Assembly (NCBI GenBank): GCA_044339205.1
Contig: JBIIVW010000001.1
Location: 1 to 62,151 of the forward strand
Direction of reading: 5' to 3'
DNA: 62,151 nucleotides
DNA from: Rhodoferax sp.
GTDB taxonomy: Bacteria > Pseudomonadota > Gammaproteobacteria > Burkholderiales > Burkholderiaceae_C
Program-made: the position numbers and the translations under genes
In this document: in pieces, positions 51,445-61,020 of the stretch
Layout: each line of letters starts with the position of its first letter
Position numbering within the stretch: the stretch's first letter is position 1
Notes under the pieces: generated by a model
The model's database searches: none
Told to the model about the DNA's origin: nothing
What the model saw: only the letters and a program-made list of their open reading frames with translations

Positions 51445-53133
51445 ATGCCCAGACTTAACCAACTCCTTCACCCCGCTCGTACGCCCGCCCCCACCCGACC
51501 TGCCGCCACCGTGCTGCTGCTGCGCGATGGCGCCGCCGGGCTGGAGGTGCTGATGACGCGCCGCGCCATGACGGCCAGCTTTGCACCGGGCGCCTACGTC
51601 TTTCCGGGCGGCGGCGTGGACGCGCTGGATGCCCAGAGCCACGCCCAGGCCAGCCGGCGCAGCACGCAGAGCGAGCTGCACCTGACCCAGGCGATTGCGG
51701 CCATTCGGGAAAGTTTTGAAGAACTGGGCGTGCTGCTGGCCCGCCACGCAGACGGCAGATTAGCCAGCCAGCACGACATTGCGGCATTCAGCCGCAGTGC
51801 GCCCTTTGTGAGCCAATGCCAGGCGCGGGGACTGACCCTGGCTGCAGCCGAGGTCTTTGTGCTGGCCCACTGGATCACCGACCGTGACCTGCCGCGCCGC
51901 TTTGACGTCCCTTTTTTGGTGGCCCGCATGCCCGACGGCCAAACCCCCGTGGCCGACGAAGCCGAGCAGTTTGAGCCGGTGTGGGTGCGCCCGGCCGACG
52001 CGCTGGCGCGCCATGCTGCGGGCGAGTTTTTCATCATCTTTCCGACCATTCGCACGCTGGAGCGCCTGGTGGACCATGCCACCGTGGACGCCGTGCTGCA
52101 GTTGTGCGCTGCCACCGAGCAGCCCCTGTGGACCAGTTGCCCCCGTGCCGGCATGCTGGCCGGCCGCGAAGCGCGCTACATGGAACATGAACAGCCTTAC
52201 GGCGAACTGGCGCTGGTGTGCCCGGACGGGCAAATCGAACACGCGCTGGACTGGCAGACCGAACAGCCCGTGGCGTTATTGAAAAACGTCATGCGACTGA
52301 CCGCCCCCAACCCCGGCGTGATGACTGGCCCCGGCACCAACAGCTACCTGGTGGGCGACCCCGACACGGGCTATATCGCCATCGACCCCGGTCCGGCCGA
52401 CCCCGACCACATCGACAAACTGTGGCGCGCCGCAGGCGGCGACATCCGCATGATTGTGTGCACCCACTCGCACGCCGACCACTCGCCTGGCGCCCGACCC
52501 CTGCAAATGCTGTGCGAGCAGCACGGCAAGGCGCCGCCGCCCATTCTGGGCCTGCCAAGCGCGCCCACTGCCCGCACGGCCAGCGAGTTCACCCCGGACA
52601 GGTCACTCCTGAATAATGAGCTACTCACCCTTACAAGCTGCCGGCTAGAGGCGGATTTGGCATTAAATTCAAGCCATACGCTGCAAGTGATCCACACCCC
52701 CGGCCATGCGGCCAACCACCTGTGCCTGGTGTTGCTGGAAGACGGCCTGCTGTTCAGTGGCGACCACATTTTGAACGGCAGCACCACCGTGATTGACCCG
52801 CCGGATGGCGACATGACCGCCTACCTGGACTCGCTGGACCGGCTGGCCCAAGCCTGCGCCGAGCAGCACATCGACTTCATTTTGCCGGCCCATGGCTACG
52901 TGATGGGCGGCTATGAAGGAGAAGCCGCTGGAGCCATCGCCCACCTCAAGGCGCACCGCCTGAAGCGCGAAGCCAAGATCATCAAGGTCATGCAGGCACA
53001 GCCCCAGGGCACGCTGGACTCCTGGGTCCAGAGCGCCTATGACGATGTGCCGCCGCGCCTGTGGCCAGTGGCCAAGCGCTCGCTGATGGCGCATGTGGCG
53101 CGCATTGAAACCGAGATGCTGCTGGGGTCCTAG
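51445..53133 (+). CDS. NUDIX hydrolase / MBL-fold metallohydrolase fusion
   Basis: [13 protein letters not shown] Nudix box; THSHADH, HTPGH, SGDH and PAHG MBL motifs. Confidence 0.9.
   Translation: MPRLNQLLHPARTPAPTRPAATVLLLRDGAAGLEVLMTRRAMTASFAPGAYVFPGGGVDALDAQSHAQASRRSTQSELHLTQAIAAIRESFEELGVLLARHADGRLASQHDIAAFSRSAPFVSQCQARGLTLAAAEVFVLAHWITDRDLPRRFDVPFLVARMPDGQTPVADEAEQFEPVWVRPADALARHAAGEFFIIFPTIRTLERLVDHATVDAVLQLCAATEQPLWTSCPRAGMLAGREARYMEHEQPYGELALVCPDGQIEHALDWQTEQPVALLKNVMRLTAPNPGVMTGPGTNSYLVGDPDTGYIAIDPGPADPDHIDKLWRAAGGDIRMIVCTHSHADHSPGARPLQMLCEQHGKAPPPILGLPSAPTARTASEFTPDRSLLNNELLTLTSCRLEADLALNSSHTLQVIHTPGHAANHLCLVLLEDGLLFSGDHILNGSTTVIDPPDGDMTAYLDSLDRLAQACAEQHIDFILPAHGYVMGGYEGEAAGAIAHLKAHRLKREAKIIKVMQAQPQGTLDSWVQSAYDDVPPRLWPVAKRSLMAHVARIETEMLLGS
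52604..52667 (+). repeat. 64-bp motif copy, sense within the NUDIX-MBL gene
   Basis: cactcctgaataatgagc-N18-gccggctagaggcg-gatttggcattaaa. Confidence 0.85.
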
Positions 53134-53233
53134 GCTTTCGCGTGGCCAACGCCGGCCACAGGCGCCACTTGAAATAAATCAGGGACGTGCCCAGCTAGGG
53201 GTCTGTTGACCACTCACCTCAAGGGACAGATCA

Positions 53234-54052
53234 TTGCCTGCTTTCATCCTCACCTGTCTGGCCCTCCTGCTCATGGCTTGGTTCATGGGACAGCCCTACT
53301 TGCTGGAGCGCAAACGCCGTGCAATCCGGGCCCGGGCTTTTCCGGCGGCCTGGCGCGCCATCCTCAAACGCCGTGTGCCCTACTTTCGCGCGCTGCCAGC
53401 CGACCTTCAGCTGCAGCTCAAGCGGCACATCCAGGTTTTTTTGGCTGAAAAAGCTTTTATCGGCTGCGATGGCCTGGAGATCACCGACGAAATCCGCGTG
53501 ACGATTGCCGCCCAGGCCTGCCTGTTGATCCTGAACCGCCCGACGGACTACTACCCCGGCCTCACCCAGATTCTGGTCTACCCGAGACCCTTTTTTGCGC
53601 CACGGGGGCACACCGATGACGCGGGTGTGGCCCACCACGGCCACCAGGTGCTGTCGGGTGAATCCTGGTCGCAAGGGCAGGTGATTTTGTCGTGGCAAGA
53701 CACTCTGGACGGTGCGGCCACACCCCATGACGGTCAAAACGTGGTGATCCATGAATTTGCCCACCAGCTTGACCAAGCCACAGGCAGTGCCAACGGCGCT
53801 CCCGCGTTGGCGCGCCAGGCGCATTACGAGCGCTGGTCCGCTGTGCTGGGCGCCGAGTTCGAAACCTTGCAAGCCCGCACCGCGCGCCGGGAGGACACTT
53901 TATTCGACAACTACGGCGCGACCGATCCGGCCGAGTTTTTTGCGGTGATCTCGGAGGTGTTCTTCGAGCAACCCCAACGCATGGCCACGGAGCACCCGGC
54001 GCTGTACCAGGAACTCCGGGCGTTTTACCAGCTAGACCCGCTGAGTTGGTGA
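53234..54052 (+). CDS. M90 family zinc peptidase (MtfA-like)
   Basis: NVVIHEFAHQLD (HExxH), YGATDPAEFFAV..E.FFE. Confidence 0.9.
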   Translation: MPAFILTCLALLLMAWFMGQPYLLERKRRAIRARAFPAAWRAILKRRVPYFRALPADLQLQLKRHIQVFLAEKAFIGCDGLEITDEIRVTIAAQACLLILNRPTDYYPGLTQILVYPRPFFAPRGHTDDAGVAHHGHQVLSGESWSQGQVILSWQDTLDGAATPHDGQNVVIHEFAHQLDQATGSANGAPALARQAHYERWSAVLGAEFETLQARTARREDTLFDNYGATDPAEFFAVISEVFFEQPQRMATEHPALYQELRAFYQLDPLSW

Positions 54053-54079
54053 GCCAGGCACACGGTTAACATCCTCTGC

Positions 54080-54868
54080 ATGATTTTCTCCAAAAAAAAC
54101 CAGCCGCCCGCGCCCAGAACAGATGAGCGCCTGGCCAAGCGTGTGGCCGAAATGGTGCCCTGCTCGCGCCGTGAGGCTGAACAATATATTGAAGGTGGCT
54201 GGGTGAGCGTGAACGGCGTGGTGGTCGAAGAACCCATGTTCCGGGTGTCCAACCAGAAGGTGGAGATCGACCGCGACGCCAGTCTGATGGAACTCACCGA
54301 CGTGACGCTCCTGCTGCACAAGCCACCGGGCTTTGACGCCGTGGCGGAGTTGGGTGAGGCCAATAAAAAGATCAAACCAGCGCAGCAACTGCTGCAAGTC
54401 GCCAACCATGCGACCGACGACCCCAGCGGTACGCGTGTGCTCAAACGCCACTTTGCCAAACTCACCGCTACAGTGCCCCTGGAAACCGGCGCCAGCGGAC
54501 TGGTGGTTTTTACCCAGGACTGGCGCGTACTGCGCAAGCTCGAAGAAGACGCCGGAGTGATTGAGCAGGAAATCATTGTCGAAGTGGCTGGCGAGGTGGC
54601 GCCAGGCATTCTGCGCCGGCTCAGCCAGGGGCTGGACTCGGATCGTCAGACGCTCCCCCCCGTCAAGGTCAGCCTGAACAGCACCAGTGAGACCTCAAGC
54701 AAATTGCGCTTTGCACTCAAGGGCGTGCACCCCGGCCTGATTGCGTTTCTGTGCGAGCGCGTCGGGCTGGAGATTTTGAGCATGAAACGCCTGCGTATTG
54801 GCCGGGTCTCCATGACGCAACTGCTGCCCGGCCAGTGGCGCTACCTGCAGGCGCACGAGCGGTTTTAA
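54080..54868 (+). CDS. S4-domain RsuA/RluF-like pseudouridine synthase homologue
   Basis: RLAK...CSRREAE S4 domain, LHKP.G, SGLVVFTQD and KRLRIG motifs; the catalytic RLD motif is absent. Confidence 0.82.
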   Translation: MIFSKKNQPPAPRTDERLAKRVAEMVPCSRREAEQYIEGGWVSVNGVVVEEPMFRVSNQKVEIDRDASLMELTDVTLLLHKPPGFDAVAELGEANKKIKPAQQLLQVANHATDDPSGTRVLKRHFAKLTATVPLETGASGLVVFTQDWRVLRKLEEDAGVIEQEIIVEVAGEVAPGILRRLSQGLDSDRQTLPPVKVSLNSTSETSSKLRFALKGVHPGLIAFLCERVGLEILSMKRLRIGRVSMTQLLPGQWRYLQAHERF

Positions 54869-55764
54869 GTCGTCACGAACAGCTGACCCCGCGCGGCGTC
54901 GGTGATCGCCATCACGCAAGGGTGAGTTACCCGGCGCTCCACCGAAATCGCGTAGAACTCCTCTACCAGCTCGTCAGAGCGGCCAATCAGCTCGACCCCG
55001 AACTGCTCGATGGTCTCGGCCTCCAGCACGGTCGGCGCCATAAAAATGCCCGATCCTTCCCGTCCAAAGGCTTTCATCAAGGCCACGTCGTCAAACTCTC
55101 CAATGATCAGCGGATGCAGCTGATGGCGTACCAGCCAACCCTCAAACTGCTGACGCACCGAAGCCGCGGCGCCTTGAATCAACATGGGCATGCCATTGAG
55201 ACATTGAGGGAAATCGCCCTGCAGCTTTCGTTTTAAGACGGGTGCACAGAAAAAACTGATAGCACTTTGCCCCAATGGGTGGTTAAAAGCCTTGACGCTG
55301 ATGCGCCGGGACAGCGGTTCATCCGCGATTACCAGATCCAGCCGATGCAAGGCCAGTTGCGCCAGCAAATCAGCAAACTTGCCTTCGCTGCAGATCAGCT
55401 TGACCGGCTCCGGCACCGCCAGCGCGGGTTCCAGCAGCCGGTACGCCACCGACTTGGCCACCGAGTCCGCCACCCCCACCCGAAAGTCCAGCACCCGCTT
55501 GCCGCCATGCGACTGGCGAACCGCAACCTCCAGTTCAGCCCCCAGGGTAAAAATTTTCTCGGCGTAGTCCAACGCCAGGCGGCCGTCCTCGGTCAACTCC
55601 AGCTGGCGTCCGTTTTTTTGAAAGAGCTTGCTACCCAGCCACTCTTCAAGCAATTTGATCTGGCCCGAGAGGGTTTGGGGCGTGGTGTGCAGTTGTTCCC
55701 CCGCCCGCATGATGCCGCCGGCCTTGGCCGTGACCCAAAAATAGTACAAGTGTTTGAAGTTCAT
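54865..55764 (-). CDS. nhaR: LysR-family activator NhaR
   Basis: NFKHLYYFW..AK.G, TPQTLSGQI, GEFDDVALMKAFG; start ATG 55764. Confidence 0.88.
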   Translation of the reverse strand: MNFKHLYYFWVTAKAGGIMRAGEQLHTTPQTLSGQIKLLEEWLGSKLFQKNGRQLELTEDGRLALDYAEKIFTLGAELEVAVRQSHGGKRVLDFRVGVADSVAKSVAYRLLEPALAVPEPVKLICSEGKFADLLAQLALHRLDLVIADEPLSRRISVKAFNHPLGQSAISFFCAPVLKRKLQGDFPQCLNGMPMLIQGAAASVRQQFEGWLVRHQLHPLIIGEFDDVALMKAFGREGSGIFMAPTVLEAETIEQFGVELIGRSDELVEEFYAISVERRVTHPCVMAITDAARGQLFVTT

Positions 55765-55802
55765 GGTGTGAGAGAAGTGAGAGAACGGCAATAGCGCCTA
55801 TT

Positions 55803-55819
55803 GTTCGCAAAATTCGAAC
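55803..55819. promoter_or_regulatory. LysR-type (T-N11-A) palindrome between the divergent nhaR and Rrf2 genes
   Basis: GTTCG-caaaatt-CGAAC. Confidence 0.55.
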
Positions 55820-55911
55820 TGAAATTGTTTTAAATACGAATTTACACGAAGTGATTTGAACTTTATATTAAAGTCCTGATCACACGACGTGATTGACCAA
55901 GGAGATGATTT

Positions 55912-56460
55912 ATGCGACTCAGTACCAAAGGCCGATTTGCCGTGACCGCCATGATTGACGTAGCGCTGCGTGAGCGGCTGGGCCCCGTCCCTCTGTCAGA
56001 CATCGCTGTGCGCCAGCAGATTTCGCTATCCTATCTTGAGCAAATGTTCAGCAAGCTGCGCCAGCATGGCTTGGTGGAAAGCACCCGCGGCCCCGGCGGC
56101 GGCTACGCCCTGGGACACCGTGCCGACAACATCACGGTGGCAGACATCATCAGCGCCGTCGAAGGTGGTACGGGCACGTCTGACGACGAGACCAAACGTC
56201 TGGCCCACAATGCCAGCCACGACATGACCCAGGAAATGACGCAAGACCTGTGGGATTCCTTGAATTCCAGAATGCTGGATTACATGCAGTCCATCACGCT
56301 GCGCAGCTTGGTGCTGGGACAACTGGCAAAGGGAGTGCGGGTAGAAGCCCCCGCGTCTGCCAACCGGGGCGTATTCAAGAAGCCCAAACTTGCAGCCGTA
56401 CAAGGCAACGTGCCGAATTCGGTGTTTGCGCTGGGGCGGATGTCGGTGTCCCGAGGTTAA
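55912..56460 (+). CDS. Rrf2-family (IscR-like) regulator lacking cysteines
   Basis: MRLSTKGRFAV, SLSYLEQ and RGPGGGY motifs; no Cys in 182 aa. Confidence 0.9.
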   Translation: MRLSTKGRFAVTAMIDVALRERLGPVPLSDIAVRQQISLSYLEQMFSKLRQHGLVESTRGPGGGYALGHRADNITVADIISAVEGGTGTSDDETKRLAHNASHDMTQEMTQDLWDSLNSRMLDYMQSITLRSLVLGQLAKGVRVEAPASANRGVFKKPKLAAVQGNVPNSVFALGRMSVSRG

Positions 56461-56486
56461 GACAACAGCCCTTGCGGGCTGTTGTC
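56461..56486. terminator. Hairpin between the convergent Rrf2 and rnpB genes
   Basis: GACAACAGCCC-ttgc-GGGCTGTTGTC, a perfect 11-bp stem. Confidence 0.7.
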
Positions 56487-56494
56487 ATCAATAA

Positions 56495-56879
56495 GTGTGA
56501 AGCCCACCGATAAGCCGGATTCTGTGCAAGGAGGCCGGTCTTGCGACCCTTCTCCTTGTGACTGTCATTAATCTGGGCTGTTGGTCACCCAACAGCTCGG
56601 TGCTACCTACCCGCCAACTCCGGGGGCCCCGTCAACGTTGGCCTACTTGGTATTGCTGCGCGTAGAGATTGCCCGTTTCACCCGCACTTAAACGGCTCGT
56701 CTCTGTTGCTCTAATCCTCACCTTATATCCACCGCTTGCGCGATGGACTTTCAGTGGACAGCCGTTAGCTGCTACGCTGCCCTATGCAGTCCGGACGTTC
56801 CTCCAGTGCGGTGTTTCCACCCGACGCCTAAGCGTCGTCCTTGCGGCTTGCACCAGCGACAGTCTGGCGGGCTTCACAC
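56495..56879 (-). ncRNA. rnpB: RNase P RNA (class A)
   Basis: Minus strand: GAGGAACGTCCGGACT, GGGTGAAACGGGCAATCTC, GAGCTGTTGGGTGACCAACAGCCCAGATTAATGA, ACAGAATCCGGCTTATCGG; P1 ends GTGTGAAGCCCGCC / GGTGGGCTTCACAC. Confidence 0.96.
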
Positions 56880-56921
56880 CCTTATTATCAGGGCAACCTA
56901 AACGCTTTTAAGGAGCCGACC

Positions 56922-57839
56922 ATGAAAACCGACAACATCCTGCAAACCATTGGCAACACCCCCCACGTTCGCATTAACCGCCTGTTTGGGGCGGGACACA
57001 ACGTGTTCATCAAGTCTGAGCGCAGCAACCCTGGTGGCTCCATCAAGGACCGCATTGCGTTGGCCATGGTCGAGGCCGCCGAAAAAAATGGTGCATTGAA
57101 GCCTGGCGCCACCATCATTGAGCCCACCTCAGGCAATACCGGGGTTGGCCTAGCCATGGTGGCTGCGGTCAAGGGCTACAAGCTGATTTTGGTCATGCCG
57201 GACAGCATGAGCGTGGAGCGCCGCCGTCTGATGCTGGCCTATGGCGCGAGCTTTGATTTGACCCCGCGCGAAAAAGGCATGAAAGGCTCGATTGCCCGCG
57301 CCATGGAATTGGTGGCTGCCACACCCGATGCCTGGATGCCCCAGCAGTTCGAGAACCCGGCCAACATCGAGGCCCATGTGGCCACCACGGCGCAGGAAAT
57401 CATCGCCGACTTTCCAGATGGCATTGACGCCCTGATCACCGGCGTGGGCACGGGCGGGCACCTGACCGGCTGCGCCCAGGTCCTGAAGGCCAAGTGGCCC
57501 CACCTGAAGGTGTATGCCGTCGAACCCGTGGCCTCGCCCGTGATCTCGGGTGGAGCCCCCTCACCCCACCCCATTCAGGGCATTGGCGCTGGCTTCATCC
57601 CTAAAAACCTGCACATGGACTTGCTCGATGGCGTGATTCAGGTCGATGCCGAACCCGCCCGCGAGATGGCCCGCCGCTGCGCCCGGGAAGAAGGCATGCT
57701 GGTGGGCATCTCCAGCGGCGCCACACTGGCCGCCATTGCGCAAAAACTGCCAGAGTTGCCCACCGGAGCGGTGGTGCTGGGCTTCAATTACGACACCGGC
57801 GAGCGTTATTTGTCGGTTGAAGGTTTTCTGCCCGTCTGA
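56922..57839 (+). CDS. cysK: Cysteine synthase A
   Basis: NPGGSIKDR (PLP Lys), [14 protein letters not shown] and HPIQGIG motifs; start ATG 56922 after AAGGAG. Confidence 0.95.
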   Translation: MKTDNILQTIGNTPHVRINRLFGAGHNVFIKSERSNPGGSIKDRIALAMVEAAEKNGALKPGATIIEPTSGNTGVGLAMVAAVKGYKLILVMPDSMSVERRRLMLAYGASFDLTPREKGMKGSIARAMELVAATPDAWMPQQFENPANIEAHVATTAQEIIADFPDGIDALITGVGTGGHLTGCAQVLKAKWPHLKVYAVEPVASPVISGGAPSPHPIQGIGAGFIPKNLHMDLLDGVIQVDAEPAREMARRCAREEGMLVGISSGATLAAIAQKLPELPTGAVVLGFNYDTGERYLSVEGFLPV

Positions 57840-57880
57840 TGCGCGCTTGTCGAGGCTGAATTCAACTGACTTGCCGCTCG

Positions 57881-59073
57881 TCAAGCTTTTGACGCGGCTT
57901 CGATCATTTCATGCAACTCGGGCTGCCAGTTGCCATCGTGCTCCAAGGCTGTGTGCACAAGAACCGTCTTGGTGGGCATATCGATGATCACACGCTGGCC
58001 GTGATGACCGTTGAAAAAGGGGCGAGATCCGTCTGCCTTCCAATGCCACATGTGCGCCTTGTAGCCACGACCCGGCATCGCCAGGCCGTGGCGCACCTGC
58101 CTGTCCAGTGGCCCCAGGTGGTGCATTCGGTGATCCAGGCGTCGCTGACGACCTGCTGGCCAGCCATTTGACCCCGGTTGGCCACCAGGTTACCCAAACG
58201 AGCCCAGTCCCGCAGAGTGGCGGCGAAACCGATGCAGTTGAACTCGTTGCGCTCGGCGTCGGTGGTCCAGGTGGCGTTGGCTTCGGCACCCAGCGGTTGC
58301 CACAAGGCTTGCTGGGCGAACTCGGACATCGACATACCCGTGACCTTGCGAATCACGATCCCCAGCGTCAAGGGACACAACTCGTTGTAGTTGTAGGCGA
58401 GTCCCTGCGCCTCGCGTCGCTGGTTCCAGTTCGCCACGGTCCTGAAGACATTGGCGGTCTTGGTGGTGAACGCGCTGGGGTAAATTGTGCTGTTGTCACG
58501 GTCGTGCAACACCTCGGCGCCGCTGGACATATTGCTCAGGTTGCGCAAGGTGGTTGAGCCGTGCAGCGTGCCTGCGAGCTCTGGCACGTACTTGGATGGA
58601 AAGTCGTCGTAGGAATCAATGAGCTTGCGGTCCAGGCAAATGCCCAGCAGCAAAGAGGTGACGCTTTTCGCCATGGACCAGCTGGTCAGACGCATGTCGG
58701 GCGTGCGGGCATGGCGATACTGCTCGACCAGTATTTCCTGCCCGCGGCAGATCAACAAACCGGTGGCGGGCCACTGATCAAAGTATGCCTGGACGCTCTT
58801 GTTGAAAAATCCCCATCGGTACGTGAAGTTATCCCGATGCGCCCCGTTGAATGGAACGGGCGACCGCGACGCCTCAATAACGCGATGCGGCAGCATCTTC
58901 TCGAAGCCACCCGAGTAGTTCCCGACACGGTACAACGGCTCCCGGTTAAGCCCACCGGCCCACCCCGTGGGATACCCCTGGGACGCGCCCCACTTGTCCT
59001 GCGCCCGACTCAGGCCTGGAACGACTGCGGTGGTGGCGGCCAGTGAGCCCTGTAAGAAATGACGTCGTTGCAT
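57881..59073 (-). pseudogene. Tat-exported serine hydrolase (beta-lactamase class C/NylB-like), frameshifted near 58112
   Basis: RRHFL Tat signal, SWSMAKS (SxxK), YNY. The natural C-terminus (GYKAHMW...GHHGQRVIID) continues in another frame, ORF 57881-58126. Confidence 0.75.
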
Positions 59074-59231
59074 AGGCATGGCTCCGTCTACAGAAAGTTG
59101 CGACCCCAAGAGGCCGGGTATGACATTGTGCCAAAGCCTCCCTGAGGTTCAAGCTGTCCGCGTCAAGATCATTCGCAGCCCTCCCAGATCGATTTATGAT
59201 TCAGGTTCTGCTTGATAACCACGAGCCCATC

Positions 59232-61004
59232 ATGATTCGACTGACTGAACTCAAACTCCCCTTGTCTGCCCTGCCGGTAGACGCCCGCCGCGCAGCCGAC
59301 ACCGCTTCTGAAACCGAAGCTGATCGCCTCCCAACGCCGCACCCCATCGCCGCATTGACCCAACTGGCCACCGAGGCTTTGGGCGTGGCAGAGACCGCAA
59401 TAGCCGAACTGAAGGTGTTCAAACGCAGCTTTGATGCCAGGCAACCCGAGCTACTGGCGGTCTACATTGTGGACCTGGCGCTGCACGACCCCAGCCTGGC
59501 GGATACGCTGCTGGCGCACCACGCCTCGCACCCGCATATCGCCCGCACGCCTGACATGGGCTACCACCTGGTAGCCCAGGCCCCCGCCAGTCTGGCCTTG
59601 CGCCCAGTGGTGGTGGGATTTGGCCCCTGTGGCATTTTTGCGGCACTGCTCCTGGCCCAAATGGGCTTCCGGCCCATCGTGCTGGAACGTGGCAAAAAAG
59701 TGCGTGAGCGCACCAAAGACACCTGGGGGCTGTGGCGCAAGCATGTGCTCAACCCCGAGTCCAATGTCCAGTTTGGCGAGGGTGGTGCAGGCACGTTCTC
59801 AGACGGCAAGCTGTGGAGCCAGATCAAGGACCCGCGCTTTCTGGGTCGCAAGGTGATGGACGAGTTTGTCAAGGCCGGCGCACCAGCCGAGATTTTGGTG
59901 GAGGCGCACCCGCACATCGGCACCTTCAAATTGGTGAAGGTGGTGGAGAACATGCGCGAGCAGATCATCGCGCTGGGGGGCGAGATCCGCTTTGAGCAAC
60001 GGGTGTCTGACCTGCACATTGAAGACGGCCCGCGCGGACGCCAGGTGCGCGGTGTCACCGTGATCCACCTGGCCACTGGTCAGGTGGAAGAATTGCGGGC
60101 CGACCGGGTGATCATGGCCCTGGGCCACAGTTCGCGCGACACCTGCGCCATGCTGTACCAGCGCGGTGTGGCGATGGAGGCCAAGCCCTTCTCGATTGGA
60201 TTTCGCATCGAACACCCGCAAAGCGTGATTGACCGCGCCCGCTGGGGTCGCCATGCCGGCCACCCGAGCCTGGGTGCCGCCGACTACAAGCTGGTGCACC
60301 ACGCCAACAACGGACGCTCGGTCTACAGCTTTTGCATGTGTCCGGGCGGCACCGTCGTGGCGGCCACCTCGGAACCCGGGCGCGTGGTCACCAACGGCAT
60401 GAGCCAGTACTCGCGCAACGAGCGCAATGCCAATGCTGGCATTGTGGTGGGCATTGACCCGCAGGACTATCCGACTGACGCCGAGGCCTTTCACGCCGCG
60501 CTGGGCGAGCATGTGGACAGCCACGCCCCAGCAGGCCAAAAGAACCACCCGCTGGCAGGCATCGTGTTACAGCGCCAGCTCGAATCCAACGCCTACGTCA
60601 TGGGCGGATCAGACTACAACGCCCCCGGCCAACTGGTCGGCGACTTTCTGGCGGGCAAGGTCTCTCAACAGTTGGGCGAGGTGGAGCCCTCTTACAAGCC
60701 CGGCGTCACCTTGGGCGACCTGGCCCCTGCCCTGCCCGGCTACGCCATTGAAGCCATTCGCGAGGCGTTACCCGCATTTGCCCGCAAAATCCGCGGTTTT
60801 GACATGCCGGACGCGGTGCTGACCGGGGTGGAGACACGCACCTCATCGCCCTTGAAAATTCCCCGTGGGGATGATTTTCAGAGCACCAATACGCGGGGCT
60901 TGTACCCTGCTGGGGAAGGCGCCAGTTACGCCGGCGGCATTTTGTCTGCCGGGGTGGATGGGATTCGGGTGGCCGAGGCTCTGGCGCAAAGCTTGGCGAC
61001 CTGA
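59232..61004 (+). CDS. NAD(P)/FAD-dependent oxidoreductase (COG2509-like)
   Basis: VGFGPCG, FGEGGAGTFSDGKL, FCMCPGG, ETRTSSP and GEGASYAGGI motifs; start ATG 59232. Confidence 0.9.
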   Translation: MIRLTELKLPLSALPVDARRAADTASETEADRLPTPHPIAALTQLATEALGVAETAIAELKVFKRSFDARQPELLAVYIVDLALHDPSLADTLLAHHASHPHIARTPDMGYHLVAQAPASLALRPVVVGFGPCGIFAALLLAQMGFRPIVLERGKKVRERTKDTWGLWRKHVLNPESNVQFGEGGAGTFSDGKLWSQIKDPRFLGRKVMDEFVKAGAPAEILVEAHPHIGTFKLVKVVENMREQIIALGGEIRFEQRVSDLHIEDGPRGRQVRGVTVIHLATGQVEELRADRVIMALGHSSRDTCAMLYQRGVAMEAKPFSIGFRIEHPQSVIDRARWGRHAGHPSLGAADYKLVHHANNGRSVYSFCMCPGGTVVAATSEPGRVVTNGMSQYSRNERNANAGIVVGIDPQDYPTDAEAFHAALGEHVDSHAPAGQKNHPLAGIVLQRQLESNAYVMGGSDYNAPGQLVGDFLAGKVSQQLGEVEPSYKPGVTLGDLAPALPGYAIEAIREALPAFARKIRGFDMPDAVLTGVETRTSSPLKIPRGDDFQSTNTRGLYPAGEGASYAGGILSAGVDGIRVAEALAQSLAT

Positions 61005-61020
61005 AGCCTCAGTGAGCGAA

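Noticed and set aside
143-52667. The repeated motif as CRISPR repeats or integron attC sites
   Set aside because: The copies are kilobases apart, in both orientations and inside core genes; there are no cas genes, integron integrase or GTTRRRY boxes.
53196-54077. IS-end-like inverted pair (ggggtctgttgacc / ggttaacatcctct) flanking the M90 peptidase gene
   Set aside because: Only 9/14 identity, with no transposase or target duplication; could be chance.
56669-56911. 80-aa ORF and the upstream extension of cysK
   Set aside because: Both overlap the RNase P RNA gene on the opposite strand; cysK starts at 56922.
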